Of a stretch of 64,000 nucleotides of DNA, positions 15,001-22,736 are shown piece by piece. A model generated the notes under the pieces. It did not search any database. It saw only the letters and a list, made by a program, of their open reading frames with translations, and had not been told where the DNA came from. Source of the stretch: Candidatus Oxydemutatoraceae bacterium (GTDB lineage Bacteria > Pseudomonadota > Gammaproteobacteria > Poriferisulfidales > Oxydemutatoraceae); NCBI GenBank assembly GCA_965220085.1, contig CBDCOZ010000003.1, positions 1,472,001 to 1,536,000 on the forward strand, given 5' to 3'. The position numbers were made by a program, and so were the translations under genes. Position 1 is the first letter of the stretch. Each line of letters opens with the position of its first letter.

Positions 15001-16056
15001 CTCCCCGATAGCATTCGTCTTGTCCGATGTATCGGTATCCCAGTAGACGGAGGCGAATGCGGCGCTGCCCGCATTGCGTCCGCCGAGGCCGCCGCTGTTT
15101 GTCGCAGCGGATGCGATTAGTGCGGTCGTGTAACTGTACTTCAGTCGTACATTGCCGACATGACCGAGCAGACCGCCGCCCCACTTTGTGTCACCGCCGC
15201 GCGTCGCGTCCACATATCCGGTTGCGTAGCTGTGTTCAATAATGCTGTCCGCCGCGCTGGCGTGAACTTTGCCGACCAGCCCGCCGGTCTCGGCGTTAGC
15301 CAGCGTGTTGCCGGTTGCGTAACTTATTCGCACCGTGCCCTGTTCGTTGTAACCGAGCAACGAACCGACGGCGGCATTGCCGCGCACCGATACGCTTGAG
15401 TAACTCTTTTCTATGATGCCGCCGCCGACCATCTCGCCGGCCAAGCCGCCGACATTATCGGTGGCGGCGCCGGCATGAACCTCGCCGTCTACGCCGATAT
15501 TGGAGACCGTCGCATCGGCGCCGAGAGCGCCAAATAAGCCTTGCGGCGCGTTGCTGTCACGCTCGATATGCAGATTGCTGATGGCATGGCCATTGCCGTT
15601 GAATGCGGCGCCGAAGCGGTCGCTGCTATCGCCAATCGGGGTCCAGCCTTCGCCCGTCGTCCATGCCGCATTGGTGGCGCTGCTGGCATAACTGCCGGCA
15701 TCGTCAAAATCCAAATCGTTCATCAATTCATAACCGCTGCAACCGCCGCCGCCGCAACCCATGTTCGCATCGGGATTAGGAAACGCTTGTTCGTAACTTA
15801 CGGCGCTGCCGGTTGACGCCGTGCCGGCGCCGCGCAAATCCCAACGCACCGCATTGAGTTGCTCCAAATTACGAATGTCGATCAGGCCGTCGTCATCGCT
15901 GTCGTAATCGACAGCCGACGCCGATGCCGGCAACAGCAATGCGACAAAGACAAAGGACAGAACATGAGGACAACGGGCAGGCGGATACTGGGGGTTGGCG
16001 GGAGCGGCGCAACATTCCTTCGTGTCAGTATGTAAAATAAGTTCTCTCATGCGCAT
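1..16056 (-). CDS. Giant secreted repeat protein (>5,350 aa, 3' end outside the window); at least 12 tandem ~470-aa units with a DYDxDxDGLI motif, GLUG-type repeats and an FN3-like segment; putative adhesin or surface protein
   Basis: Manual translation from ATG 16056/16050 gives MRELILHTDT...LSFVFVALLLPASASA|VDYDSDDDGLIDIRNLEQLNAVRWDL. The same frame is coding at position 1 (...FNGNGHMISGLYIERDMPNQGLFG). The ORF track lists no stop-bounded ORF in this frame, consistent with an open frame. The DYD-type motif recurs at ~15905, 14515, 13112, 11708, 10256, 8798, 7397, 6026, 4595, 3200, 1736 and 392. Confidence 0.88.
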   Translation of the reverse strand, partial: MRMRELILHTDTKECCAAPANPQYPPARCPHVLSFVFVALLLPASASAVDYDSDDDGLIDIRNLEQLNAVRWDLRGAGTASTGSAVSYEQAFPNPDANMGCGGGGCSGYELMNDLDFDDAGSYASSATNAAWTTGEGWTPIGDSSDRFGAAFNGNGHAISNLHIERDSNAPQGLFGALGADATVSNIGVDGEVHAGAATDNVGGLAGEMVGGGIIEKSYSSVSVRGNAAVGSLLGYNEQGTVRISYATGNTLANAETGGLVGKVHASAADSIIEHSYATGYVDATRGGDTKWGGGLLGHVGNVRLKYSYTTALIASAATNSGGLGGRNAGSAAFASVYWDTDTSDKTNAIGEGGSGGAIGNMTSELQLPVGYSGIYDDWDAADASGNVTDYWDFGDFDQYPVLQIDFNNNDRVGWEEFGYQLRRGPQDMAVSRGSTSRQLSWSTPDVSHWLPLPPTVAYRVYRDGSLMSGQSNLTTTIYTDTSVSINDDYVYHVAAVINGGEASRSTFVSSGVDYDSNENGLIEVSNLDQLNALRWDLDGDGIPATENASDYTAAFPDAPANMGCFADVCIGYELLNDLDFNAADSYAAGSAKMTEWTTGEGWLPIGDERSRTEFATVFNGNGHTIYNLRIDRRMSRSGLFGRLTGSAAIANVGVTGEITAPATDNRIGGLAGLAMEGATIERSYSAVSATAGSSVASLLGQLDQATVQTSYATGSVRALYERTTTVGGLVGRVSDNITNPSFITHSYATGRVSQGGGLVGYTGSAQVRYAYAAALLPLGAPEYGGGLHGSLGVRSGSSDAYWDIETSNRSNRVATRDMPQDDFGAAGKTTAELQSPTGYAGIYANWNLDGTDYWDFGTASQYPALKVDFNNDGEATWQEFGYQLREGPIGLSVTGTDARRRLSWQAPYTLYWGIEPVVTYAVYRAEGSASTPTEIVKLDQGMTAYADENAATGIDYTYYVAAIVNGGEASRSVAVSRSVDYDSDNDRLIEISNLNQLYAIRWDLDGNAIADSSDRDDDYSEAFPDAAFGRGCPTGIGCNGYELTADLDFNDAASYTGDVDEGWSAGEGGAGWTPIGSSAARFVARFNGNGHTIYNLFIERNANQQGLFGETGATTISNLGVTGSVTAGGNGMMDTGGVVGKTVGTTIEEVYSAAAVTGGNLRASPLAGWITGGGAVRRSYTTGDASAAHEPAGITGALQDGAVVEHVYATGYIGADGDGRSGGLFGWIGRSTVRYAYATAQIAADAANRGGIAGRNSNQVTAFDAVYWDSDTSDVSAGFGIVDGAEDTGDVTAKTTAELQGHQGYVGIYADWNAVDSAGNATDYWDFGRADEYPALKVDFNNDGAATWQEFGYQMREGPRLIAHGGGTSRTLRWAPPDLSHWPSDAPNLAIAYSVYRDDEALAKNITAQTYEDTGLTAGAAHTYRVAAVVNGGEASRVVLVSDATTIDYDSDDDGLIEISALEQLNAMRWDLDGNGSVISANQANYTAAFYNAADALGCPTPANPATVGGQPITECIGYELTRDLDFTDPRSYASGSVNPLWTEGTTGVSGWNPIGSDSSVSTRFRARFDGNGYAIHNLYISRIVNEQGLFGGIGSGAVLRNLGVSGRVSGELSSNEIGGLVAVNSGGTIEQSYSAVMAEGGGIGGSLLGRLDTGTVRASYATGGARLREQAGGLIGAVHRTLNTSTVEHVYATGHVDDAAGVVDSEKLGGLIGSLGKVQLKYGYSWVSLYPDRDETGSIGGVNPDTGAVFADVYWDSELSGYPLAVGTGSSAGTAGYATAELRTPTDYSGIYLSWDDDGSDYWDFGTTGQYPALKVDFNNDGEATWQEFGYQLRDGPGSVTVRPGDDDETVIIDWSAPDLSHWTHPPAITYRVYADSNTSAPAWLLTETEQTAHTYGASDPGPFSSVLRYQVVAVINGGEASQTITVAGTDYDADDDGLIEITTLEQLNAMRWDLNGDGADIPTQFEDRYLEAFDGAATGMGCPASTGCAGYELTRDLDFADAASYASGTTATTGWINNPDDNDDEAGWEPIGSDTARFTGTFNGNGNTIYNLYINREASDQGLFGVIDSAAIFNASVTGEVSGGDSSVNIGGLVGKLVAGTIEGGWSAVSVSGNQYVGALLGFHDGGTVQRSYASGNVLAHNLSGGLIGGVHDDAHTVITTVKHAYSTGFIDASHGGNTISSCVSSTVPCVGGFIGNLGRVRLAYTYNTGRILYHPTRRSGTLAGRAIANSDLSVNNVYPASEVVVNESSPVAAGTDVAARTHSIVILQAPTGYDGIYADWNADGIDSWDFGTALQYPALKIDTNGDGEDTWQEFGYQLREQPPALSATFDGESRVLSWTAPDTSYWPSTAPVSYTIYRIVRDGSSDEMLIAEGIEGTGYTDTDAGENLVGYLYTVAVVVNGGTAGWRSVEARLNDYDSDDDGLIEINSLEQLNAMRWDLDGNGIATEGNATSYTLAFVSAIDNMGCPDGNCTGYELVRNLGFNYRNSYDSLRINPEWTSGAGWEPIGDADNPFTATFEGNGNLISSLYINRNADSQGLFGSVSGATISTVGIAGSVTGANKIGGLVAELTGGATLAESYSLVSVRGGAAVGSLAGQLSGATVRASYAQGRTLASAETGGLIGKIVASASNIVEHTYASGSVSPTLPGDMKWGGGLIGALANVELSYSYATGLIAPAATNSGGVGGYHDSEDAAYTDVYWDASTSGKSEKGDGVGEGSVEDGITNLPTAELQEPEDYDEIYASWNEPDGNGDATTDYWDFGTSEQYPALKVDFDNDADTSVTWEGFGYQLREWSADLKVSANSNRHRVLVWDAPDISTWLRFGPTLTYAIYRDNAYLASVPEDLTYTDATADPDTEYTYQVAVGSDGSEALRSDLVTSEPTQDYDQNNDGLIEITTLEQLNAIRYDLDGDGSAVSQNTQLYDAAFPGAPPGMGCPSDSSGGCTGYELSNDLDFRLATSYASGAVNADWSEGSTSGGWAPLASGGGRFTATFNGNGRTVHNLHIDRDDSGQSLFGIIGSGAVITNIGVTGAVSAGASDSLTGGLVSQMIGSAMIANSYSTVAVAGNTAAGSLLGRLVQGTVQTSYATGNVSASEAGGLIGKVNDIGNAIAEHVYATGYVSARAGASARTLGGLIGDVGRVQLRYAYSAAIADGGIGGNDLSAGGLFAAVYWDTEISGQSNALGSAPAVAGAAGLTTAALQAPTTYAGIYAEWNPDENDYWDFGAADQYPALKIDFDNDGTASWEEFGYQLREGPRDLAVDGVGDSRTLTWTAPDVSAWPDNPPTIAYNIYRDDELLVAEPTTATSYDDANAVVYAEHTYRVAAVVNGGEASRSRFISAPRSYDRNNNGLIEISTLEQLYAVRWDLDGDGAVSDTDRPDYRIAFVGSSPGMGCVNNACTGYELMGDLDFNDSASYASGSVSTAWTSGSGWEPLGGTAERFTATFNGNGYTVYNLHIDRNENGQGLFGAIGSGAAVSNIGVSGRISASDTAAAETQNYGGLIGDMSGGVIENNYSAVSLEAIRADSVGSLVGVIDDGTIRTSYATGNVFAAFTGGGLVGKGGDNPNSEIVIEHTYATGYMDVTENESKQWFGGLFGNLSSQRSGNSGSLRLRYSYSTAQISPAAVESGGIGGRNADANATFTAVYWDSGTSAKSDAVGTGTSAGISSRNTAALRLPRNYSGIYADWDTDENDYWDFGAAAEYPALKADFDGDGEATWQEFGYQLRQAPTLAVRGASETRVLTWNAPDTSRWSSSALPTITYAIYRSDAASDTDTVVVSNTAATTYADTAAVAAAEYTYRLAAVVNGGEAARSVFVSARRDYDSDDDGLIEIESLRQLNALRWDLDGDGSPAADNESDYTSAFYDAVSGMGCPTVGGCSGYELSRNLDFTDASSYAAGNIDAAWTSGDGWLPLGDDTTEFTTTFDGNGYVIYNLYINRNSDKQGLFGVVGAGAAIGNIGLTGSVSGDDGDRIGALAGELSGTDSTIEGVWSSAAVAGDEYVGGLVGYVDQGTVTASYATGEVTGDAAVGGLVGAAPTTTTAVIEHSYATGYVTPFGDDAKWGGGLIGSAGGAEINYSYARAWIDPAGGESGGVVGTVAAGDSPAFDAVYWDRGISGKDSAIGAGVAAGITAQTSAELQAPEDYSGIYGDWNANDGAGNATDYWDFGTTSQYPALKIDFNNDSTASWQEFGYQLRTAPTLSVTSVETRRELIWPAPDISHWSPAPVVTYKAYRIEDSSQATLIASDLIGTSYVDLARLDASRQTYRVATVINGGEASRSTAVVPLIDYDADNNSLIEIRNLNQLYAIRWDLDGNGIAASTATDMYTLAFPSPARDMGCPADNDGCIGYELTGDLDFNDPADYAGGSMATYVMTIGPDIAAGWQPLGQSSDPFTATFDGRGYEIRNLYINRSSPDQGLFGVISYGGEIYNLGITGSIAYTGSGSADMRNNIGGLVGKLTGGEIVDSYSTVSVSGINNVGSLIGYVTEGTLERSYATGNVSAESVAGGLVGAVVDESNIYLVMIHTYATGYLSLARNVADRRWAGGLIGDLGQAYITYSYSTAWLDLDALQSGGIGGNSNPGVTSSDVYWDILTSGRLGAVSTGRLTGVSGRTTSELQTPTGYSGIYANWAMDTYNNPVDYWDFGTASQYPALKVDFNDDGTASWEEFGYQLREAPALNVTDTGTSRILSWSAPDTSFWPDAPALTYRVYRTPIAINQQTGETTTREQGTTLIETDSTRTSYTDSDTVTGQVAYRVAAVINGGEASHSNRVTVPEIDYDSDDDGLIEIENLLQLNAVRWDVDGDGNASNPLDYDAAFPSAVAGMGCPANTCSGYELMRDLDFDAFQNETWTSGRGWQPIGGGQDAFSAMFDGNGYSVYGLHIERNADYQGLFGRIIDGATIANLGVTGRVRGGQEADQIGGLVGAIIGSGRVEGSYSTVAAEGRKLVGSLVGYNQQGTVSVSYATGNTYADEQTGGLIGGIHHGLPNSNVEHVYATGYVDATRGGNRRHAGGLVGYGGRLQLKYSYATALIAADAALSGGIAGRVNPRSAFIAVYWDTETSGKTNVIGSGYATGNGHTSSELQMPTTATGSIYLDWNDGGTADHWNYGRSDQYPVLQRDTDGDGTAQDWTEFGYQLRETPTLTLTPGDPILLSWSAVDTSAWDAPPVVTYAIYEQAENGATNVTPGAEGTTALVRAGPDFAAYSVAAVVNGGEAARSARIAVGGDYDIDDDGLIEIRNLEQLDAMRFDPNGDGEVAADDLAKYAAAFRFAADNMGCPAPAQQGAPHCLGYELTRDLDFNDAASYDAGTVNKAFTEGEGWTPIGDSTTNFTTTFNGNGHMISGLYIERDMPNQGLFG

Positions 16057-16405
16057 CTTAACTATGAGCATTGGGAAATTATACCGCCATATATCTGATA
16101 CATGCAAGATACGAAGCGGTTCAAGCGCGGATACCCACGGTGCCGGCGGTTTGTCGGGCGCAGATCTGCCGCCCGAAACCGCTATCCGGCGGCAAATTCC
16201 TTTTAGAAGTGTCTGCGCAGATAGCGGCATTTAGGGATGCGCAGATTGCATTTGCGCGATGTTTAAAGATTTTTCAGCGCATATGGCCGCAGCCGTTGCG
16301 ATTCGTCGCCTCGCTTTTTGACCCGGCGCCCCTCGCGCCTGCGGCAATCCGGCGGAGACGGGCGGCGCCACAGACAAACGCAAGAGAGCATGGGTTGAGA
16401 AACGA

Positions 16406-16885
16406 TCAGATGTAAGCCACTTTGACGATGGCGTACAGTTTTTTTTCGCCGCCCGGCGTTTGCACCGTCACTTCGTCGTCTTCCAGTTTGCCAATCAATG
16501 CTCTGGCAATCGGCGATGTGATGGAAACGCGCCCGGCTTCGATGTCGGCCTCGGGCTCGCCGACAAGTTGCCAGACATATTCCGCATCTTCCTCTTCGTC
16601 GCGCAAAGTAACGGTCGCGCCGAAGACAATTTTATCCCCGGCGCGCATTTTTGAAACGTCAATAATTTCGGATTCGGAAAGGCAGCCTTCGATATCTTTG
16701 ATGCGTCCCTCAATAAAACTTTGTTGCTCGCGCGCCGCATGGTATTCGGCGTTCTCTTTCAAGTCGCCGTGCGCGCGCGCGACCGCAATCGCCTCGATCA
16801 CCGCCGGACGATCGCGTTCCTTGAGAGTCCGCATCTCCTCCCATAGCCTCTCGGCGCCTTGTTTTGTTAACGGTGGTTTTCGCAT
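16406..16885 (-). CDS. greA: Transcription elongation factor GreA
   Basis: [15 protein letters not shown] and [10 protein letters not shown] motifs; follows carB; start taken at MRKPPLT. Confidence 0.96.
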   Translation of the reverse strand: MRKPPLTKQGAERLWEEMRTLKERDRPAVIEAIAVARAHGDLKENAEYHAAREQQSFIEGRIKDIEGCLSESEIIDVSKMRAGDKIVFGATVTLRDEEEDAEYVWQLVGEPEADIEAGRVSITSPIARALIGKLEDDEVTVQTPGGEKKLYAIVKVAYI

Positions 16886-16914
16886 GTTTATTTTCGCATG
16901 TGTAATCGCGGATT

Positions 16915-19900
16915 CTAGCAGATATCCCCTTTTTGCAAATCTTGCAGGCGGTAAACGCCATGCTCCGATACGCGCAACGCTTCGGCAATCGCGAGCGCGC
17001 CGGCTATGGTCGTGGCGTAACACACTTTGTGGCGCACCGCCGCGCGGCGAATAGCCAGCGAGTCCGACACCGCGCGCTTGCCCGTTGTCGTATTGACGAT
17101 AAGCCGAATTTCATCCGCGTCAATCAGGTCTTTAATGTTCGGGCGGCGGTCGGCATTGATTTTGTGCGCCGTCTCGCACGGCATGCCGGCGGCGCGCAGA
17201 TGCGCGGCGGTGCCGGCGGTCGCGACTATCGCAAATCCGGCGGCGACGAAACGGTTTGCCGCTTCAAGCGCGGCGTCTTTGTCGGCATCGCGCACGCTGA
17301 TCAAGACCTTCCCGGCATGCGGCAATTCGTTGCCCGCCGCAATTTGCGACTTCGCATAGGCCTCGCCAAAACTGCGACCGACCCCCATCACTTCGCCGGT
17401 CGAACGCATCTCGGGACCCAGCATCGGGTCGGCATCGGAAAATTTAACGAACGGAAACACCGCTTCCTTGACCGCCGAATGGGTCATCTCCGACGCGGTC
17501 GCGGTATCGATGCCCTGTTGCGCAAGACTGCGCCCGACGATACAACGCGCCGCAATTTTTGCCAGTTGCAAACCGGTCGCCTTTGACACAAACGGCACCG
17601 TGCGCGAAGCGCGGGGGTTCGCCTCGATGACATAAATCTCCTCGTCCTTGATCGCAAACTGCGCGTTCATCGCGCCGCGGACATCCAACGCCAGCGCCAG
17701 TCGCGTCATCTGTTCTCGGATGCGTCGCGTTATGTCCTCCGGCAGAGAATATGGCGGCAAGGAACACGCCGAATCGCCGGAGTGAATGCCGGCCTGTTCG
17801 ATGTGCTGCATGACCCCGCCGATCAAAACTTCTTTGCCGTCGCACACCGCATCCACATCCGCTTCAATCGCATCGCTTATAAAGCGGTCTATCAAAAGAG
17901 GAAATTCGTCGGACACTGCCAGGGCCTGCGCAATGTAGTCGCGCAAATCGCTAAGGTTATAAATTATTTCCATGCCGCGACCGCCCAGCACATACGACGG
18001 CCGCGCGATAACCGGAAAACCCAGTTCTTCGGCCAGCGCGATCGCTTCGTCCGCCGAACGGGCGATGCCGCAGGGCGGTTGCTTCAGCTTCAACTCACGG
18101 ATGAGACGTTGGAAACGTTCGCGATCTTCGGCCAGATCGATGGATTCCGGGCCGGTGCCGAGAATCGGCACGCCGGCGGCGGCCAGCTTGCGGGCCAGAT
18201 TCAAAGGCGTCTGCCCGCCGTATTGCACCAGCGCTCCGCAGGGTTTCTCCAGCGCGATGATCTCCATGACATGCTCAAAGCTCAAAGGCTCAAAGTAGAG
18301 GCGGTCGGACGTATCGTAGTCGGTGGACACAGTTTCCGGATTGCAATTCACCATGATCGTTTCAAACCCTTCTTCGCGCAATGCCAATGCGGTATGCACG
18401 CAGCAGTAATCAAACTCAATGCCCTGCCCGATGCGGTTCGGGCCGCTGCCGAGGATGACAACCTTGCGCTTTGACGACGGGTCGGATTCGCACTCGTCTT
18501 CGTAGGTCGAATACAGATAGGCGGTGGCGCTTGCAAACTCGGCGGCGCAGGTGTCCACCCTTTTGTAGACCGGATGCGCGCCCAACCGGCGCCGATGTTG
18601 ATACACCGCCTCCTCGCTGCAGTTAAGCAACAGTGACAATCGGCGGTCGCTAAAGCCGTCGCGCTTGAGGGCGCGCATGGCGGCGGCGTCAAGACTGCGC
18701 AAAGACCGCCCCATAATCTCCGCTTCCGTTTTGATGATCTCATCTATCTGGCTGAGAAACCAAGGATCTATCTTGGTATCGGCGCAGAGCTCCTCGACCG
18801 TGGCGCCGCTCCTGAAGGCATCGGCGACCCGCCACAAACGTCCGGAATCAACCCCCGCGCGCAACGCTTTGCGCAACTCCCCCGCCGTCTGGTTTGCGCT
18901 TGCCGGGTCCAGTCCGCTGTAACCGGTTTCAAGACTGCACAACGCTTTCTGCAAAGACTCTTTGAAGGTTCTGCCAATCGCCATCGCTTCGCCGACCGAC
19001 CGCATCTGGGTATCCAGCCGATCTTTTGAATGGGGAAACTTCTCAAACGCAAAGCGCGGTATCTTGACGACGACATAATCTATCGTCGGTTCAAACGATG
19101 ACGGCATTGCGCCGCCGGTGATTTCGTTGCGCAACTCATCGAGCGTATAACCGACCGCCAGCTTGGCGGCGATTTTGGCAATCGGAAAACCCGTGGCCTT
19201 GGACGCCAGCGCCGACGAGCGCGATACCCGCGGGTTCATTTCAATGATGACCACGCGCCCGTCTTGCGGATTCACCGCGAACTGCACATTGGAACCGCCG
19301 GTCTCGACCCCGACCCGCCGCAACACGGCGATAGAGGCGTCGCGCAAGCGCTGGTACTCCTTGTCGGTCAGCGTTTGCGCCGGCGCGACCGTGATGGAGT
19401 CGCCGGTATGCACGCCCATCGGGTCCAGATTCTCAATCGCGCAGACAATGAGACAGTTATCATTTTTGTCGCGCACGACTTCCATCTCAAACTCTTTCCA
19501 ACCGAGCAGCGATTCCTCCAGCAACACTTCGCCGACCGGAGAGATCTCCAAACCGTGCTTGACGATGGTCTCAAACTCGGCGGCGTCGCAAGCGATGCCG
19601 CCGCCGCTGCCGCCGAGCGTGAACGACGGGCGAATGATAATCGGATACTTGATTTCGGCGGCGGCCCGTCGCGCATCTTCCCAGTTGCCGACAACGACAG
19701 AACGCGCCGACTCCAGCCCGATCTCATCCATCGCCTCGCGGAATAATTGGCGGTCCTCGGCGAGGGCAATCGCTTGTTCGTTGGCTCCGATCATCTCTGT
19801 GCCGCAGCGCTTGAGTACGCCCTTTGCGCCGAGCTCCAGCGAGCAATTCAGCGCGGTCTGCCCGCCCATCGTCGGCAACAATGCATCGGGTTTCTCGCGC

Positions 19901-20136
19901 TCTATGATGCGCGCCACCGTATCGGCGGTAATCGGCTCAATGTATGTCGCATCGGCGCTGTCGGGGTCGGTCATGATCGTCGCCGGGTTGGAATTAACCA
20001 ATATCACGCGATACCCTTCTTCGCGCAACGCTTTGCAGGCTTGCATTCCGGAATAATCAAACTCGCAAGCCTGACCGATGACGATAGGTCCGGCGCCGAT
20101 GATCAGGATGCTGTTGATGTCATCGCGCTTTGGCAT
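16915..20136 (-). CDS. carB: Carbamoyl-phosphate synthase large subunit
   Basis: [31 protein letters not shown]-terminus, two ATP-grasp halves, MGS C-terminal domain. Confidence 0.98.
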   Translation of the reverse strand: MPKRDDINSILIIGAGPIVIGQACEFDYSGMQACKALREEGYRVILVNSNPATIMTDPDSADATYIEPITADTVARIIEREKPDALLPTMGGQTALNCSLELGAKGVLKRCGTEMIGANEQAIALAEDRQLFREAMDEIGLESARSVVVGNWEDARRAAAEIKYPIIIRPSFTLGGSGGGIACDAAEFETIVKHGLEISPVGEVLLEESLLGWKEFEMEVVRDKNDNCLIVCAIENLDPMGVHTGDSITVAPAQTLTDKEYQRLRDASIAVLRRVGVETGGSNVQFAVNPQDGRVVIIEMNPRVSRSSALASKATGFPIAKIAAKLAVGYTLDELRNEITGGAMPSSFEPTIDYVVVKIPRFAFEKFPHSKDRLDTQMRSVGEAMAIGRTFKESLQKALCSLETGYSGLDPASANQTAGELRKALRAGVDSGRLWRVADAFRSGATVEELCADTKIDPWFLSQIDEIIKTEAEIMGRSLRSLDAAAMRALKRDGFSDRRLSLLLNCSEEAVYQHRRRLGAHPVYKRVDTCAAEFASATAYLYSTYEDECESDPSSKRKVVILGSGPNRIGQGIEFDYCCVHTALALREEGFETIMVNCNPETVSTDYDTSDRLYFEPLSFEHVMEIIALEKPCGALVQYGGQTPLNLARKLAAAGVPILGTGPESIDLAEDRERFQRLIRELKLKQPPCGIARSADEAIALAEELGFPVIARPSYVLGGRGMEIIYNLSDLRDYIAQALAVSDEFPLLIDRFISDAIEADVDAVCDGKEVLIGGVMQHIEQAGIHSGDSACSLPPYSLPEDITRRIREQMTRLALALDVRGAMNAQFAIKDEEIYVIEANPRASRTVPFVSKATGLQLAKIAARCIVGRSLAQQGIDTATASEMTHSAVKEAVFPFVKFSDADPMLGPEMRSTGEVMGVGRSFGEAYAKSQIAAGNELPHAGKVLISVRDADKDAALEAANRFVAAGFAIVATAGTAAHLRAAGMPCETAHKINADRRPNIKDLIDADEIRLIVNTTTGKRAVSDSLAIRRAAVRHKVCYATTIAGALAIAEALRVSEHGVYRLQDLQKGDIC

Positions 20137-21265
20137 GCATCCGATAACTTTCAATCATCTTTATAAAACGTTCAAACAACGGCGCGATATCGCGCGGGCC
20201 GGGACTCGCCTCGGGGTGCCCCTGAAAACCGAATGCCGGCTTTTGGCGGTGAGCGACACCTTGCAGAGTGCCGTCAAACAACGAGCGATGGGTCGGCTCC
20301 AGACAATCGGGCAGGCTCTTCTCATCCACGCAAAAGCCGTGATTCTGACTGGTTATCATGACCTTGCCCGACGCCAGCTCCAGCACCGGGTGGTTGGCGC
20401 CGTGATGGCCGAATTTCATCTTTTCGGTCGTCGCGCCGCAGGCGAGACTCAGCAACTGGTGACCGAGACAGATGCCAAACAAGGGTATTTCCGCGGCCAG
20501 CAATTCTTGAATAGCGGCGATTGCAAAATCACACGGTTGCGGATCGCCGGGGCCGTTGGAAAGAAACACCCCGTCGGGATTCGCCGCGATCACTTGGGCG
20601 GCCGGGGTGCGCGGCGGAACCACCTCTGCCGCGGCGCCCGCCTCTGTCAACATAGACAGAATCGTTTGCTTGATGCCGTAGTCATAAGCGACCACCTTGT
20701 AACGAGGCGACGGCGCACGAGCGTCATCCCGCGGCAAACGCCAGCGCGGCTTGTCCCAGCGATACGACTCCGCAACGCCGACCGCCGATGCCAAGTCCAT
20801 GCCTTTGAGGCCGGGAAATGCGCGCAACTTCTTTTCGGCATCGGCGCGGGAAAGCGCATCGCTGTCATAGATGATGCCGTTTTTAGCCCCGCGCATCCGC
20901 AGATGGCGGGTCAGTCGCCGCGTATCCGCTCCGCTTATCGCCGTGACGCCGCGCTCGGCAAGCCACGCTTCAAGCGGTCGCTCGTTGCGCCAACTGCTCG
21001 CCCGTCGCGGCACATCGCGCACGATCAAACCGGCGCAACGAACGGCGTCCGCTTCGCAATCAAATTGATTGGTTCCGGTATTGCCGATATGGGGATAGGT
21101 GAGGCATACGATCTGACCGGCATACGACGGGTCGGTTAATATCTCTTGGTAGCCCGTCATCGCCGTGTTGAAAACCACTTCGCCGACCGCGGCGCCGCGA
21201 TGCCCGATCAAACAACCTTCAAAAGCCGTGTTATCGTCCAGCAATAGTATCGCGCTTCTTTTCAT
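20120..21265 (-). CDS. carA: Carbamoyl-phosphate synthase small subunit
   Basis: [29 protein letters not shown] and [11 protein letters not shown] motifs. Confidence 0.98.
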   Translation of the reverse strand: MKRSAILLLDDNTAFEGCLIGHRGAAVGEVVFNTAMTGYQEILTDPSYAGQIVCLTYPHIGNTGTNQFDCEADAVRCAGLIVRDVPRRASSWRNERPLEAWLAERGVTAISGADTRRLTRHLRMRGAKNGIIYDSDALSRADAEKKLRAFPGLKGMDLASAVGVAESYRWDKPRWRLPRDDARAPSPRYKVVAYDYGIKQTILSMLTEAGAAAEVVPPRTPAAQVIAANPDGVFLSNGPGDPQPCDFAIAAIQELLAAEIPLFGICLGHQLLSLACGATTEKMKFGHHGANHPVLELASGKVMITSQNHGFCVDEKSLPDCLEPTHRSLFDGTLQGVAHRQKPAFGFQGHPEASPGPRDIAPLFERFIKMIESYRMHAKAR

Positions 21266-21472
21266 CGCTTGTCAATTTGGGTCAGATTGCATCCTTAAAG
21301 GAAACGATGCTCCGCGGTCGGAACCCCGCCCAAGGCATCGCTCGCTTACTAGTTTAACGGATATGCGCTTGGGGTTAAAACCTTTTCTGCCGGCGCAAGC
21401 GGGCGCGGCGAACGCCGACCGCGCCATGCCGACGGTGTTATACTGGGCAAAAACCCCGTAAGCACGCAATCC

Positions 21473-22414
21473 ATGGCCACTCTGTTTGAAAATCCGGTTT
21501 ATTTTGTGGCGGCAAAGGCGTTGTCGACTTTGTGGCCGTTCATTCCGATACTGATTCTGATTCTGCTGTTTAAGACTTCCTGGTTCAAGGGTCTGTTCGG
21601 CGAATACACCATCAACCTGTCGTTGCGCTTGCGGCTGGGGCGGAAAGACTACCGACTGTTAAAAGATCTGACCCTGAGAACTCCCGATGGCACCACTCAA
21701 ATTGACCATCTGGTCGTATCGCGCTTCGGCGTGTTTGTCATCGAAACCAAGAACATGAAAGGTCGGATATTTGGCAACGAGAAACATGCGCGCTGGACGC
21801 AGAAGCTATACCGCCGCAGCTACCGCTTCCAGAACCCGCTGCGGCAGAACTACAAGCATGTAAAGACCGTGCAAGAGTTGCTGGAAATACCGCGGGACAC
21901 AATCCACAATGTGGTCGTATTCATCGGCGATGCGACGCTCAAAACCGACATGCCCGCCAATGTGGCATGCAGCGGTCACGGTCTGGCGCGCTATATAAAA
22001 TCCCACGCCCAAGAAGTGTTTGACAAAAGCGCGGCGGACGATATGGTCAAACGCCTGACCGACAGCCGCCTAAAACGCGGCATCAAAACCAACCGCGCCC
22101 ATAGAAAACACCTGCGAGAAGCCAAGGCCGGCAGACGCACAGGCATCTCAAAGAACCCGAGCGCAACCAATGCGCCCGACGACTCAAAAACCAACCGCGC
22201 CCATAGAAAACGCCCGAGAGAAGCCAAGGCCGGCAGACGCACAGGCATCTCAAAGAACCCGAGCGCAACCAATGCGCCCGACGACTCACAGCGATGCCCG
22301 GTATGCGGCTGCCGGATGGTGATAAGAACCAAAAGACGTTCCGGCGAACGCTTTCTGGGCTGTCCGCGCTTTCCAAAATGCCGCGGCATCAGAGCGTTGC
22401 CGCAAGAGGACTAG
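21473..22414 (+). CDS. NERD nuclease-related domain protein with N-terminal TM helix and C-terminal topoisomerase-type C4 zinc finger
   Basis: G.FGE, TTQIDHLVVSRFGVFVIETKN and QNPLRQN (NERD); CPVCG...FLGCPRFPKC (zf-C4). Confidence 0.88.
   Translation: MATLFENPVYFVAAKALSTLWPFIPILILILLFKTSWFKGLFGEYTINLSLRLRLGRKDYRLLKDLTLRTPDGTTQIDHLVVSRFGVFVIETKNMKGRIFGNEKHARWTQKLYRRSYRFQNPLRQNYKHVKTVQELLEIPRDTIHNVVVFIGDATLKTDMPANVACSGHGLARYIKSHAQEVFDKSAADDMVKRLTDSRLKRGIKTNRAHRKHLREAKAGRRTGISKNPSATNAPDDSKTNRAHRKRPREAKAGRRTGISKNPSATNAPDDSQRCPVCGCRMVIRTKRRSGERFLGCPRFPKCRGIRALPQED
22085..22288 (+). repeat. In-frame 102-bp tandem duplication in the NERD linker
   Basis: KTNRAHRK(HL/RP)REAKAGRRTGISKNPSATNAPDDS occurs twice at a 102-bp period. 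Confidence 0.95.
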
Positions 22415-22428
22415 GCGCGGGAAGATGG

Positions 22429-22504
22429 TGGTGGAGCCGAGGAGGATCGAACTCCTGACCTCCTGCATGCAAAGCAGGCGCTCTCCCGGCTGAGCTACGG
22501 CCCC
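22429..22504 (-). tRNA. tRNA-Ala(TGC)
   Basis: GGGGCCGTAGCTCAG...TTTGCAT...GTTCGATCC...CTCCACCA, 76 nt, encoded CCA. Confidence 0.96.
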
Positions 22505-22531
22505 ATGCCAATCGTTATCTTCCGCCGCCAT

Positions 22532-22608
<77 letters not shown>

Positions 22609-22736
22609 AAAGATTTCATAGCAATCCCAGAGACGGCAAAATCCGCCCGCTTGCGGGCGCTTCCGATACAATGATGGCTTGTTAAACTATAAATATATAA
22701 ACTTTTGCGCTTCTGCGCAAGCAAAATATTACTGCG

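Noticed and set aside
13-15816. Many plus-strand ORFs of 60-490 aa with recurring similarity
   Set aside because: They are antisense shadows of the giant minus-strand repeat gene; their periodicity mirrors its units.
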